Assembly (NCBI GenBank): GCA_029856155.1
Contig: JAHQWL010000072.1
Location: 32,001 to 96,000 of the forward strand
Length of the DNA: 64,000 nt
Origin: Promethearchaeia archaeon
Lineage (GTDB): Archaea; Asgardarchaeota; Lokiarchaeia; Sigyniarchaeales; SOKP01
Reading direction: 5' to 3'
This document shows, piece by piece, positions 1-9,291 of the stretch. The translations under genes were made by a program, and so were the position numbers. How positions within the stretch are numbered: position 1 is the stretch's first letter; the number at the start of each line of letters is the position of its first letter. The notes under the pieces were generated by a model, which saw only the letters and a list, made by a program, of their open reading frames with translations, did no database searches and was not told the origin of the DNA.

Positions 1-2
1 AA

Positions 3-128
3 GAAATTTTCCATAAAAACGCAAAATTAAATAAGAGGACCACCCCATTATTAGAATGTACTGAATGTGGGAAAAAACAATATGCCAAATCATATCGTGT
101 TAAGCGGTTTGAAGTCCAGGAAGTATAA
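3..128 (+). CDS. rpl44e: 50S ribosomal protein L44e (eL42), 5'-partial
   Basis: Frame 3 reads [41 protein letters not shown], matching the eL42 C-terminal half (FHK.AK...LEC..C); directly upstream of rps27e as is usual in archaea. Confidence 0.93.
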   Translation, partial: EIFHKNAKLNKRTTPLLECTECGKKQYAKSYRVKRFEVQEV

Positions 129-133
129 AAGAA

Positions 134-349
134 GTGAAAGATATGGTACATAAAAGAAAAAAAAAAGAGCTTATTCCACAACCAAAAAGCAGGTTTTTAC
201 GCGTAAAGTGTTTGAATTGTGGAAATCAACAGATCATATTTGGTTGTTCAGCAACAGATGTGGAATGTTTAGTGTGTGGAAAAAAATTGCTTCAATCAAC
301 AGGTGGGAAAGCAAGAATTCTTACCAAGATTTTAGAAGTTCTTTCTTAA
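134..349 (+). CDS. rps27e: 30S ribosomal protein S27e
   Basis: [17 protein letters not shown]...[18 protein letters not shown] zinc-finger signature of eS27. Confidence 0.97.
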   Translation: MKDMVHKRKKKELIPQPKSRFLRVKCLNCGNQQIIFGCSATDVECLVCGKKLLQSTGGKARILTKILEVLS

Positions 350-474
350 AGAAATTTTTAGCACATTACATCTTAGTTAAGTAAAATCTCATCTTAGCTA
401 TTCTTTTAATCGTAAAATAATGAATGGAAATGTTAGACTGAAAAAATAATCTATTGAATCTATTCATTTTTTAT

Positions 475-505
475 TTTTTCGTGAAACTGTTCTTTCACGT
501 AAAAA
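475..505. terminator. Hairpin flanked by T/A runs between convergent genes
   Basis: CGTGAAA-ctgttc-TTTCACG (480-499) with T-run on the left and A-run on the right, between rps27e and the convergent membrane gene. Confidence 0.35.
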
Positions 506-558
506 TCTCAATACCCAAGTAATATAATTATTTAATTTGAATTCAGAAAATGCTAACG

Positions 559-1677
559 TTATTTATAATTAGATTTATTCATAACCCATTTTGTCGCTCC
601 CGCTGCTAATCTTCCGATCTGTATCTTTAGAGATAATTTTGGTCCCCATTTATTATAGGAAAACCTCAAAAAAAGATAATAGATTATAACCATTATAAGA
701 ATAAAAAACCAAATATTATAAAAATGTAAAGATTGATAGAAAAAGAAATAATTAATATTCTGCAATAAAAAAACTGTTAGGGAATAGTAAGAAAAATAAT
801 ATAAGAACTTATAGCTCTTTTCTGGTTTAAAAAATTCATATATATCAATAGTTATAAACACAGAAATTAGAATTACTTCAATACCTAAGGAATACATTAA
901 CCACCATATATTTGATTTTATTGACAACATTGCTTCTGTAAATAATAAAGGTAACAAAAAATTAAATCCAACCACAATAAGAATAGTACCTATTAACAAC
1001 GAGGGTATCAATAATTTACTTTTTACTGTTTTCCTCTTCTCTAAATCATTATCAATAAGAGAGATGTCATAGATTACATCACCTATAACTGTTCCTATTA
1101 AAAAAAACGTGAAAAATGATAATATAATATTTTGGTCTATAGGATTATACAAAATATGATATAAGATTCCAAATAAGTTAAACTGTCCTTTATATGGTAT
1201 TAACACAATTAACAATATTTGATTAATTATCCAAATTAATACTCCCACTAGTATTCTAAATATCTTTGATCTTTTTAATAGTGGCCATGACATTAAAAGA
1301 CATACACCTAAAGTTAATAAAATGAACCACCCCCAAATTTCTGAAGGATCCATATACAATATCGCCACAAATATATTATAGATTAAACCAAGAATTACAA
1401 TAAACACCGCTCTAAATAAATATTCATATTTAACTTGAGTAAATCTATAATTTTCATTTTTATCTACTTTTATGAGCCGATTTCTATAAGATATCATAGT
1501 ACTTATTCCTGATATAAAAGTAAATCCGACGGCACCTAAAGTAGAAAGAATGGATATATAACTACTCATCAAAATCAATTTTATTTCAGGAACAGGCCAC
1601 CATGTAATCATGTGGCCTACAATCATATATAACATTGCTAATCCTCGAAACGTATCTAGGCTTTTTAACCGTTTCAT
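559..1677 (-). CDS. Multi-TM acyltransferase-like membrane protein (DUF1624/HGSNAT-like)
   Basis: N-terminal RLKSLDTFRGLAMLYMIVGH motif, F.FISG, about 10 hydrophobic segments. Confidence 0.75.
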   Translation of the reverse strand: MKRLKSLDTFRGLAMLYMIVGHMITWWPVPEIKLILMSSYISILSTLGAVGFTFISGISTMISYRNRLIKVDKNENYRFTQVKYEYLFRAVFIVILGLIYNIFVAILYMDPSEIWGWFILLTLGVCLLMSWPLLKRSKIFRILVGVLIWIINQILLIVLIPYKGQFNLFGILYHILYNPIDQNIILSFFTFFLIGTVIGDVIYDISLIDNDLEKRKTVKSKLLIPSLLIGTILIVVGFNFLLPLLFTEAMLSIKSNIWWLMYSLGIEVILISVFITIDIYEFFKPEKSYKFLYYFSYYSLTVFLLQNINYFFFYQSLHFYNIWFFILIMVIIYYLFLRFSYNKWGPKLSLKIQIGRLAAGATKWVMNKSNYK

Positions 1678-1812
1678 ATAATTCTGGTGAAAATTAGAGA
1701 TTATCTGATAAATTTAATGTTAAATACCAGAACTAGTACAATTTTTTATTTTTTTTAAATTGTAAGGTTTTAATTAATTTAAAGGAAATTCTATTCCTTA
1801 TATAATGAGAAA

Positions 1813-2148
1813 TTATTCCCGCCATGTATATCTGCAATTAGTACATTTAAAAAAGTGAGTACTTGGTTCATCAGAACTCCTTATTTGCACTTGCCAGGTT
1901 TCGGCTTCAAGATTCCCACATTTAGGACATTCTTTTCTTGTCCTAGGGTTTGCTGAGATTTTATCTTCTTCAGAAAGTATAACTAGGTTCTTTTTTAAAT
2001 ATTTTTTCTTTTTATGGATACTTTCTTTTATTTTATTAGTATCAGACTCCATCTCCCTTTCATAACCACACTTACATGCTAAAAATGACTTTTCATTTAC
2101 TTTTTTTTTGCGTAAGAGGTTTGAGCATTCGGGGCAAAATTCAACCAT
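1813..2148 (-). CDS. tfs: Transcription factor S (TFS)
   Basis: Two Zn ribbons (FCPECSN; CPKC...CTNC) and QIRSSDEPSTHFF acidic hairpin. Confidence 0.93.
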   Translation of the reverse strand: MVEFCPECSNLLRKKKVNEKSFLACKCGYEREMESDTNKIKESIHKKKKYLKKNLVILSEEDKISANPRTRKECPKCGNLEAETWQVQIRSSDEPSTHFFKCTNCRYTWRE

Positions 2149-2271
2149 ATCAATTACTCTAAGATAAAATATTAAATATATAGATTAAAAATAATAATAT
2201 TTAAAAAATCTTACCTTATCTATTAATGTACACAAAAAAGTGAATTATTTGAAATAATCAATTACGTAAAA

Positions 2272-2637
2272 ATGAATTTTATGAAGTTTAAGGAATTTAT
2301 TACTTTTTTAGGAACAAAGGATCTTATTAAAACATCACATTTTTATCAAAATATCCTAGGAATGACTATATATAAAGATCAAGATGTTTGTTTAATTTTT
2401 AATATTAATAATCAGAGTAAAATCGGCTTTTGCAAACATATGGCAGTTATTCATGAAGATAAAAATCCAATCCTCACTTTTGTTACAGAAAAGGTTGATG
2501 AAATATATCACAAATTGATTAAATTTAGGGTGGAGAGCGTAGAACAACCTAAAATTAATGAAAAATTTAATATTTATCACTTTTTCTTTAAAGATCCTAA
2601 CGGATATACGATTGAGATACAAAAATTTTTGGATTAA
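2272..2637 (+). CDS. VOC/glyoxalase family protein
   Basis: FYQNILG and C-terminal FFFKDPNGYTIEIQ motif. Confidence 0.88.
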   Translation: MNFMKFKEFITFLGTKDLIKTSHFYQNILGMTIYKDQDVCLIFNINNQSKIGFCKHMAVIHEDKNPILTFVTEKVDEIYHKLIKFRVESVEQPKINEKFNIYHFFFKDPNGYTIEIQKFLD

Positions 2638-2668
2638 AAGAAGGATATTAAAAAATAGATTATTAAAT

Positions 2669-2989
2669 CTAATCTAATTCTTTCTTCATTTGATATAATT
2701 TTTGATAATATTTAAAATTCAATTTCTTCATATCTTGGATAATATCTGCATTAATCCGTTTTTCTCCCGTAGATTGAAACTCTAAGTCGCCAATTACATT
2801 AATTAAATCATTCTCTTTAAAATTAAAATCATCGATTTTAATAATGCTAACATTAATTTGGTCTGTTTGATCATCTAAAACAAAAAGCTCATCATTGATT
2901 CTGCTTTTTATATATCCTGTAACTTGGATTCGCTCATCATCGATAGTGATATCTTTAATCATTCTTTGTTTTGCGTGCTGAAATGACAT
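2669..2989 (-). CDS. Small OB-fold protein, RPA small-subunit (RPA14/RPA3)-like
   Basis: IQVTGYI...FVLDDQTDQINV...DLINVIG pattern plus C-terminal helix; divergent from PCNA. Confidence 0.6.
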   Translation of the reverse strand: MSFQHAKQRMIKDITIDDERIQVTGYIKSRINDELFVLDDQTDQINVSIIKIDDFNFKENDLINVIGDLEFQSTGEKRINADIIQDMKKLNFKYYQKLYQMKKELD

Positions 2990-3168
2990 TTTTTTTTAAA
3001 TAAGAATCATTTAATTATCTAGTACAAATTTGAAAATTTAAGATAAGTATAAATAATTAATTTAAAACCTAAAATTGATATTATTAAAAGACTAATATCA
3101 ACCATTATTAATAATGCGAATTACACAATATTATCTTATTTATAATTGAATAATTGTACTGAAAGATT

Positions 3169-3972
3169 ATGACCTTCAAATTAAAATTAGAAAATAGTCG
3201 GATATTGAAAGGAATTGTTGAAACTCTTTCAAGCATTATCGATGAAACAGAGTTTCGAGTCACTCCTAAAGAGTTTACAATTTCAGCGATGGATCCTAGT
3301 AGAATTTGTTTATTAAAATTATCTGTTAAAAAGGATAATTTTGATGAATATCAATGTGCCAAAGAATCAAAAGTTGGACTGAATTTAGATGATTTAGATA
3401 AAATTTTAAAAAGATGCGCGGCGACTGATTCTGTTGAAATTGATTTTAATGAAGCTGATCAGAAAATAAAAATCAAAATGCAACGTGAGGGCATGACTCG
3501 CACTAGAACTTTTAGCTTAGCTTTATTAGATATTGATATTGAAGAAATTCCTATGGATAATTTATTAAAGATAGAATATCCTTCAAAATGGGTTATTGAG
3601 CCAGATTTTTTAGTTGAAGCAATAAAGGATGCTGAAATTTATTCCGAAATCCTTAACATGATTTCAACAGAAGGACAAGGATTAATTTTTAGTTCTACGG
3701 GGCAAATTGGTGAAATGGAATATAATCTTAGTGAAGATGATTTAATAGAAACAGATCTTAATGGAACTAGTAGTGGTGCATATTCCTTAACATTTTTAAA
3801 AGCAATTTTAAAAATAGCTTCAATCACAGAAAAGCTAGAAATATCTCTAAAAACTGATCATCCCTTAAAAATGATATTCAATCTTCTTGAAGGTGGCGAA
3901 TTAAGTTACTTCTTAGCTCCTAGAGTCGAAGAAGCTGAATTTGAAGAAGATGAAGATATGGATGAATTTTAA
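3169..3972 (+). CDS. pcn: DNA sliding clamp PCNA
   Basis: AMDPSRICL, YSLTFL, YFLAPRVE motifs; acidic tail. Confidence 0.98.
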   Translation: MTFKLKLENSRILKGIVETLSSIIDETEFRVTPKEFTISAMDPSRICLLKLSVKKDNFDEYQCAKESKVGLNLDDLDKILKRCAATDSVEIDFNEADQKIKIKMQREGMTRTRTFSLALLDIDIEEIPMDNLLKIEYPSKWVIEPDFLVEAIKDAEIYSEILNMISTEGQGLIFSSTGQIGEMEYNLSEDDLIETDLNGTSSGAYSLTFLKAILKIASITEKLEISLKTDHPLKMIFNLLEGGELSYFLAPRVEEAEFEEDEDMDEF

Positions 3973-3990
3973 TCAATTAAATGTAATTTT

Positions 3991-4322
3991 TGTAACTACG
4001 ATGAAATAATTAAAAATACGATTAAATAATGAAAAAACATTTTATAATTTTAAATTATTTAATCATCCATTTTTAATGTTTCTTGAATCTCCTCAACTCC
4101 CTTTCTTATTAAATTCAAAATTTCCGATATATCATAGACTCGAATTATTTCTTAAATAAATCTCGAAAAATTAATGATTTCTTTATAGATAGGGAACTTT
4201 TTTTCATTTATTTTCCAATCTTTTTTTAATTTAATTATCGTATAAAAATTATAGATTATCAGAGAATGCTTGGATCATCGAAATTTCAAAGATAAATTTT
4301 TCATTAATTCGTCGTAGTTACA
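3991..4322. mobile_element. Non-autonomous IS relic/MITE with 27-bp terminal inverted repeats
   Basis: Left end TGTAACTACGATGAAATAATTAAAAAT (3991-4017) vs reverse complement of 4296-4322 TGTAACTACGACGAATTAATGAAAAAT (24/27 identical); interior has a stop-interrupted minus-strand frame. Confidence 0.65.
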
Positions 4323-4469
4323 TACCTCTTTTCTTATTATTTATTATTTTATTAATAGAATAATTAAAATTATCAGTAAATTAATTTACTCTTAATCTAT
4401 TAAAATATAGTCCCATCATTTTTTTTAGACTTATATTATTTAGATTTAAATGAAGAGAACTTTTGAGCT

Positions 4470-5657
4470 ATGAGCGACATCTATGACTTGGTAAAGCGGT
4501 ATCCATGGCTTCCTTCTTTAAAAACATACTATTCGGATATGGCTTCAAAGGATCCTTTAAATTTTATTAAAGAAATCTTTACCTCAGATAATTTTAAAAA
4601 TCTGAAGATTAAAACATTAAATATATTCAATGATGCGTTTAATAACATTGAGGAGATATCAGATTATGATTTTGATGAAACCAATATTTATATATATCTA
4701 ATATTAAGAATTTTGCTTTATATTTTGAATAACAAAATTCTCTCCAATCGTGTTGCTAACATATACTCTAAAACCACCTACAATGAATTAAATAAAGAAA
4801 ATGAATATAACTTATATTATATTTATAAGGATTTAGATTTAGAGGTATTATATGAAGATTTTCAAACAATATATAAGAAGATAGTTGTAAAAGGTCAACA
4901 AGAAATATATAAAACAAATTTTAAGATTTCTTATATAGATTATTTAAAATTAGCATCTAACTTGAAGGATGATTATAGAAAATTAGTGAATAATGCTCTT
5001 CGGCAGGGCTATGTATATATTAAACCAGAAAATCTAAATAGATTGTTACAAGAACATGTACGGATGAAATTGTTGGCTCAAAAAATCGTTGACTCTACTA
5101 ATTTAAACAAATTTAAAGAGAAATTATTTGAAGTTCAAGAATTTAAAGATTTATATGATTCTATATCAGAGATTTGGGAATCAAAAAAAGAAGAATTTGA
5201 ATACTCATTAGATATCACCTATAAAGAAGGAAAAGATATTTCGAAATCATTCCCTCCCTGTATTAAAGAAGTTATAACTAAAGCACAAGAAGGCCAGAAT
5301 TTAATACATACTGAGAGATTGTTTATTTTATGGGTTTTAAATGCACTTAAATATCCTGAAGAGAAAATAGTCAATGTTTTTTCAACTTTGCCTGATTTTG
5401 ATAGAGAAAAAACTGCTTATCAAGTCAAATATGCAATTAAAAAAGGATATACTCCTTATTCATGTAAATCATTAAAATCTTACACTTTATGCATGGCGAA
5501 TAAATATAAAGATAAGTTATGTTTAGAGGGTTATTTTTCTAAGAAATTGCAAGAACAACGACAAATAACTCATCCAATGTTTTATATTAATCTTAAGCAA
5601 AATAAATCTACAACAAAAAAAAATCCAGAAAAAAAATTGAATGAAAAAGATGGCTGA
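4470..5657 (+). CDS. priL: DNA primase large subunit PriL
   Basis: YPWL start, KLVN..L.QGYVY, FPPCI, H.ERL, PDFD..KT.YQV, Cys-rich YSCKSLKSYTLC Fe-S region. Confidence 0.93.
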   Translation: MSDIYDLVKRYPWLPSLKTYYSDMASKDPLNFIKEIFTSDNFKNLKIKTLNIFNDAFNNIEEISDYDFDETNIYIYLILRILLYILNNKILSNRVANIYSKTTYNELNKENEYNLYYIYKDLDLEVLYEDFQTIYKKIVVKGQQEIYKTNFKISYIDYLKLASNLKDDYRKLVNNALRQGYVYIKPENLNRLLQEHVRMKLLAQKIVDSTNLNKFKEKLFEVQEFKDLYDSISEIWESKKEEFEYSLDITYKEGKDISKSFPPCIKEVITKAQEGQNLIHTERLFILWVLNALKYPEEKIVNVFSTLPDFDREKTAYQVKYAIKKGYTPYSCKSLKSYTLCMANKYKDKLCLEGYFSKKLQEQRQITHPMFYINLKQNKSTTKKNPEKKLNEKDG

Positions 5658-6930
5658 TGAGAAATATTTAAAAAGGATTTTCCAAGCATACTATAAAGAA
5701 AAACAATCTGAAATTCCATTAGTTAATCTTTATGAACAAAGAGAATTTGGATTCATTCCTTGGGAGAAATTAATAATGATAAGGCATATAGGATTTAATT
5801 CTTCTGTGAATTTGAAAAAATATTTCATAGCTAATACTCCAAAACATGCTTATGCGAGTGGTTCACTGTATCTTCAACCTGAAAATCAGGATATGCTAGG
5901 GAAAGGGTATCAAGGATGTGATTTGATTTTTGATATTGATGTTGATCACTTCTATACGCCTTGTAAAGAGGATCATGATATCTGGTATTGTAAAGAATGT
6001 GGAGAGAATGGAAGAGGTATGGTACAGAAGTGCCCAAAATGTGGTAAATTAAAATTAAAGAAAATTACTTGGATTTGTGAAGATTGTTTAGATGCTGCTA
6101 AAAATGAGATTATTAAGTTAATTTATAACTTTTTAATTCCCGATTTTAATATTGATATCGAAAAGATGAAAATTGCATTTTCAGGACACCGAGGGTATCA
6201 TTTGAAAATTGAAGATGAAAAAATGAGAACCCTGACTAGTGATGAAAGGAGGGAAATTGTTGATTATATGACAGGAGAGAATATTTCATTCGAGATCTTA
6301 GGTTTGCAGGAAAAAGGAGGAAATATATTTGGATTTTCAAGAAAAACAATTGGATGGCCTCAAAAAATAATTAATAAAATTGAAAACATATTAAAAAAAT
6401 CTAACATTGAAATAGAAACTCTGCTATCAGAAAAAAGAACATATAATTTAAGTCAAAATCTAATAGAAAATTTCTTAAACTTTAAGGAAAACTTCCTTAA
6501 AATAATTGAAAATAATAATAATAACAATTGGACCTTAGTCGGCTTTACTTTAAATGCTTGGATTAAATTTTTAAGAACAATAGTTACAGAACTTGGAATC
6601 GAAGTTGATATCCCTGTTACAATCGATACTCACAGATTAATTCGATATCCTGGATCATTACACGGTACTACAGGATTTAAAGTTCAAGAAATATATCATG
6701 ATGATCTCGATCTTTTCAATCCGTTAGACGAATCGAATGAAAAATTAGATCCAATCGTCTTTAAAAGTGAAAAGATAATTACTCAAAAAATCGAAATTAT
6801 TGAAACTAAGATACCAGCAACAAAAATTAAAGGAGAAACATTTGGACCTTACACCCAAGGAGAGAAAATTGAAGTACCTCACCATATTGCTGTTTTTTTA
6901 CTATGTAAAGGAGTAGCTAAAACCATTTAA
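5641..6930 (+). CDS. priS: DNA primase small subunit PriS (start may be 5650)
   Basis: REFGF, DLIFDIDVD, FSGHRGYH, VTIDTHRLIRYPGSLH; Zn-finger insert; C-terminal GINS-B-like domain. Confidence 0.97.
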   Translation: MKKMADEKYLKRIFQAYYKEKQSEIPLVNLYEQREFGFIPWEKLIMIRHIGFNSSVNLKKYFIANTPKHAYASGSLYLQPENQDMLGKGYQGCDLIFDIDVDHFYTPCKEDHDIWYCKECGENGRGMVQKCPKCGKLKLKKITWICEDCLDAAKNEIIKLIYNFLIPDFNIDIEKMKIAFSGHRGYHLKIEDEKMRTLTSDERREIVDYMTGENISFEILGLQEKGGNIFGFSRKTIGWPQKIINKIENILKKSNIEIETLLSEKRTYNLSQNLIENFLNFKENFLKIIENNNNNNWTLVGFTLNAWIKFLRTIVTELGIEVDIPVTIDTHRLIRYPGSLHGTTGFKVQEIYHDDLDLFNPLDESNEKLDPIVFKSEKIITQKIEIIETKIPATKIKGETFGPYTQGEKIEVPHHIAVFLLCKGVAKTI

Positions 6931-6990
6931 GTTAAAAAATTTAAACTCACAACACTTTTTTATTATATAAATCTTAAAAATTCGATATTT

Positions 6991-7656
6991 ATGGAATTGC
7001 AAAAAGAATATGAAAAACTCTATCAACATTGGCTCAAAGAGTTCCAAAATACAGATATAACTGAATTAAGGCAAGAACATTTCAATGATTACATAAAGAT
7101 TTTGAATTTTATTAATGAGCATAAAGAAAAAGAAAGGGATGTAATAAAACAACAAATATTTGAATCCTACAAAGATAATATAAATTATTTATTTAATGAT
7201 CTATTGAAGATTAGAGAACTCAAGATAATAAACTCAGCATTAGCTCTAAATGAAATTAGTATTGATAATCTTATTGAATCTGAGAGATTGCTTTATGAAA
7301 ATTTAGTAAGTTCTATTAAAGGGTATAAAAAAGTAAAAGCTATATCAATATATAATGAACGCCAAGTTCCATCAGAGATCTTGATTGAACCAAAAGCAGA
7401 AGTACACTCTGTTGTTGAAGAGGAACCAATCTTGAAAGAAGAGAACCTTTCTAGAATTCTTGATTATAAAAATAAAGGTGACCTAGAAAAAATCAACTTT
7501 ACACTTATAAGATTTTTAAGGGCTACTCCTCCATTAGTAGGTGTTGACCTTATAAATTATGGACCTTTCGAAAAGGAAGATATTGCAAATCTCCCCCAAG
7601 AAAACGCCAAAATTCTAATAATTGAAAAATTTGCTGAAAAAATAGAGCTTCCTTAA
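6991..7656 (+). CDS. GINS complex subunit (Gins51/GINS15 type)
   Basis: LLKIRELKII A-domain; C-terminal LIRFL..PPLVGVDLINYGPFEKEDIANLP B-domain; follows priS. Confidence 0.88.
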   Translation: MELQKEYEKLYQHWLKEFQNTDITELRQEHFNDYIKILNFINEHKEKERDVIKQQIFESYKDNINYLFNDLLKIRELKIINSALALNEISIDNLIESERLLYENLVSSIKGYKKVKAISIYNERQVPSEILIEPKAEVHSVVEEEPILKEENLSRILDYKNKGDLEKINFTLIRFLRATPPLVGVDLINYGPFEKEDIANLPQENAKILIIEKFAEKIELP

Positions 7657-7658
7657 CT

Positions 7659-7844
7659 TTATTTAAACTTCTTATCAAAATCTTCTTTAAAATATTCTAA
7701 TCGATACTTTCCATATTTGTCTATCAAAGAAAACTTTGGAGGTCTTGGATTCATTAACATCCCTCCACAATAACGACACTTTGATTCAGGATTCTGTAAT
7801 CCATATTTATTACAATTATTACATTTTTGGAGGTATTTTGTCAT
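7659..7844 (-). CDS. nop10: H/ACA RNP protein Nop10
   Basis: Zn ribbon plus PRPPKFSLIDKYGKYR; downstream of aIF2-alpha; likely start MTKY at 7844 (ORF open to 7862). Confidence 0.92.
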   Translation of the reverse strand: MTKYLQKCNNCNKYGLQNPESKCRYCGGMLMNPRPPKFSLIDKYGKYRLEYFKEDFDKKFK

Positions 7845-7873
7845 TGTTAATAATACTTTCATATTATAAATTT

Positions 7874-8695
7874 TTAATCTCGAATAAACTCAAACGTCCC
7901 ATTATATTTTTCTGCATTTTGTTCTATAATTTCTAATGCATCAGATAAAATATTTTCTGCATCAAGATAATCTTTTGAAACTATTTCTAATCGATAAAAT
8001 GGTGCTGCAATATAATGGATATTAATATTTCTTGTTTCCTTTGGTTGAATTATTTTTAAGGCTTTTATTAGGGATTCTTTGATATGGTCTACCCCATTTT
8101 CTGAAGTAAATGAAAGTTTTACCTTACCAGATATATTTACAGTTGAAATACTTACATTTTCATTAATGATTCTTATTAAAGCTTTCTTTGTATCCTCTGT
8201 AATTCCTTCTAAGTCAGATAAAATTTCCTCTCCATTTTCTTTAAGGCTTTCAATAGCTTCTTGATATGTCTCGAAACGATCTAAAACTGGAAACCCAATT
8301 AATTCATACGTTTCATCCAAAGTTATATCAATCCCTTCTGTTTCTGTTAGAAATTGTAGTAAATTTTCAAACTTTAAGGCATATTTCCATTCCTTCATTC
8401 GATTCTCTTTTTGAGCTGAATTTACTCTTCGCAAGGACAAGTCCACATGCCCTTTCTCTACATCTACTCTTAGTACTCGTAGAACTACTCTTTGACCGAT
8501 ACGAACATAATTACGTATATTTTTAATCCAACGAGAACTTATTTCAGAAATATGGATCATACCTCTAGCATATTCCTCAGAATCCAAACCCTCGAAATCA
8601 ATTAAATCAACATAAACATATTGGTTTTGAACCTCAGTTACTTTAGCAATTACAAATTTACCTTCCTTTGGAAACGCACTTTTACTTTTTACCAT
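7874..8695 (-). CDS. eif2a: Translation initiation factor aIF2 alpha
   Basis: S1 domain GMIHISEISSRWIKNIR...GHVDLSLRRV; AAPFYRL. Confidence 0.97.
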   Translation of the reverse strand: MVKSKSAFPKEGKFVIAKVTEVQNQYVYVDLIDFEGLDSEEYARGMIHISEISSRWIKNIRNYVRIGQRVVLRVLRVDVEKGHVDLSLRRVNSAQKENRMKEWKYALKFENLLQFLTETEGIDITLDETYELIGFPVLDRFETYQEAIESLKENGEEILSDLEGITEDTKKALIRIINENVSISTVNISGKVKLSFTSENGVDHIKESLIKALKIIQPKETRNINIHYIAAPFYRLEIVSKDYLDAENILSDALEIIEQNAEKYNGTFEFIRD

Positions 8696-8818
8696 TGTTT
8701 TGACAAAACTTTAGTTAGTTATTTAATTTTTATGAATTCTTAATTTTATTTAACGAACTATAATTTTTTATTTTTATTATCTTTCAAGAAAAAAAAGTAT
8801 ATAAAAAGTGATTAAGAA

Positions 8819-9265
8819 ATTCCTAATTGGTTTATTCATAATAAGTGGGCAAAAAAAGCGGGAATTAAAAAAAATGTTTCAGATTTGGTAAATAGAGCCC
8901 TAGATTATGGATTTAATTGGGCTTATTATAAACAAGATCAAATAGAATTTGAAATAAACAACGAGAGTATAATTTTCCGTCAACTAAAATATTTTTATGA
9001 GAAAAATAAAAATAAAAAAGGCTATATTAAAGCACTTTATCTACATCATATTTTAGATTTCTTTAAGGAAACGCATGTTAATATCTATGATATCAATTTA
9101 GTTTTCGAAAAATTTCTACAAAATAAAGTTATACTTGAAATTCCCGATGCTGAAGGTAAGAAAATAAGCTTCCAAGAAGATTTGCAAGAAATATTCAAAC
9201 TATTAAAAGATAATAAAAAAGAATTGTATGAGGATTTAAAAGGAGAATATTTGGCTGATTTATAA
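8819..9265 (+). CDS. Hypothetical protein, possible metal-dependent hydrolase; probable ATT start
   Basis: Frame open from TAA at 8813: (I)PNWFIHNKWAKKAGIKKNVSDLVNRALD...LYLHHILDF; the track's TTG start at 8885 cuts off this N-terminus. Confidence 0.55.
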   Translation: MPNWFIHNKWAKKAGIKKNVSDLVNRALDYGFNWAYYKQDQIEFEINNESIIFRQLKYFYEKNKNKKGYIKALYLHHILDFFKETHVNIYDINLVFEKFLQNKVILEIPDAEGKKISFQEDLQEIFKLLKDNKKELYEDLKGEYLADL

Positions 9266-9291
9266 AATGCTAAAATCATAAAATAATGAAT

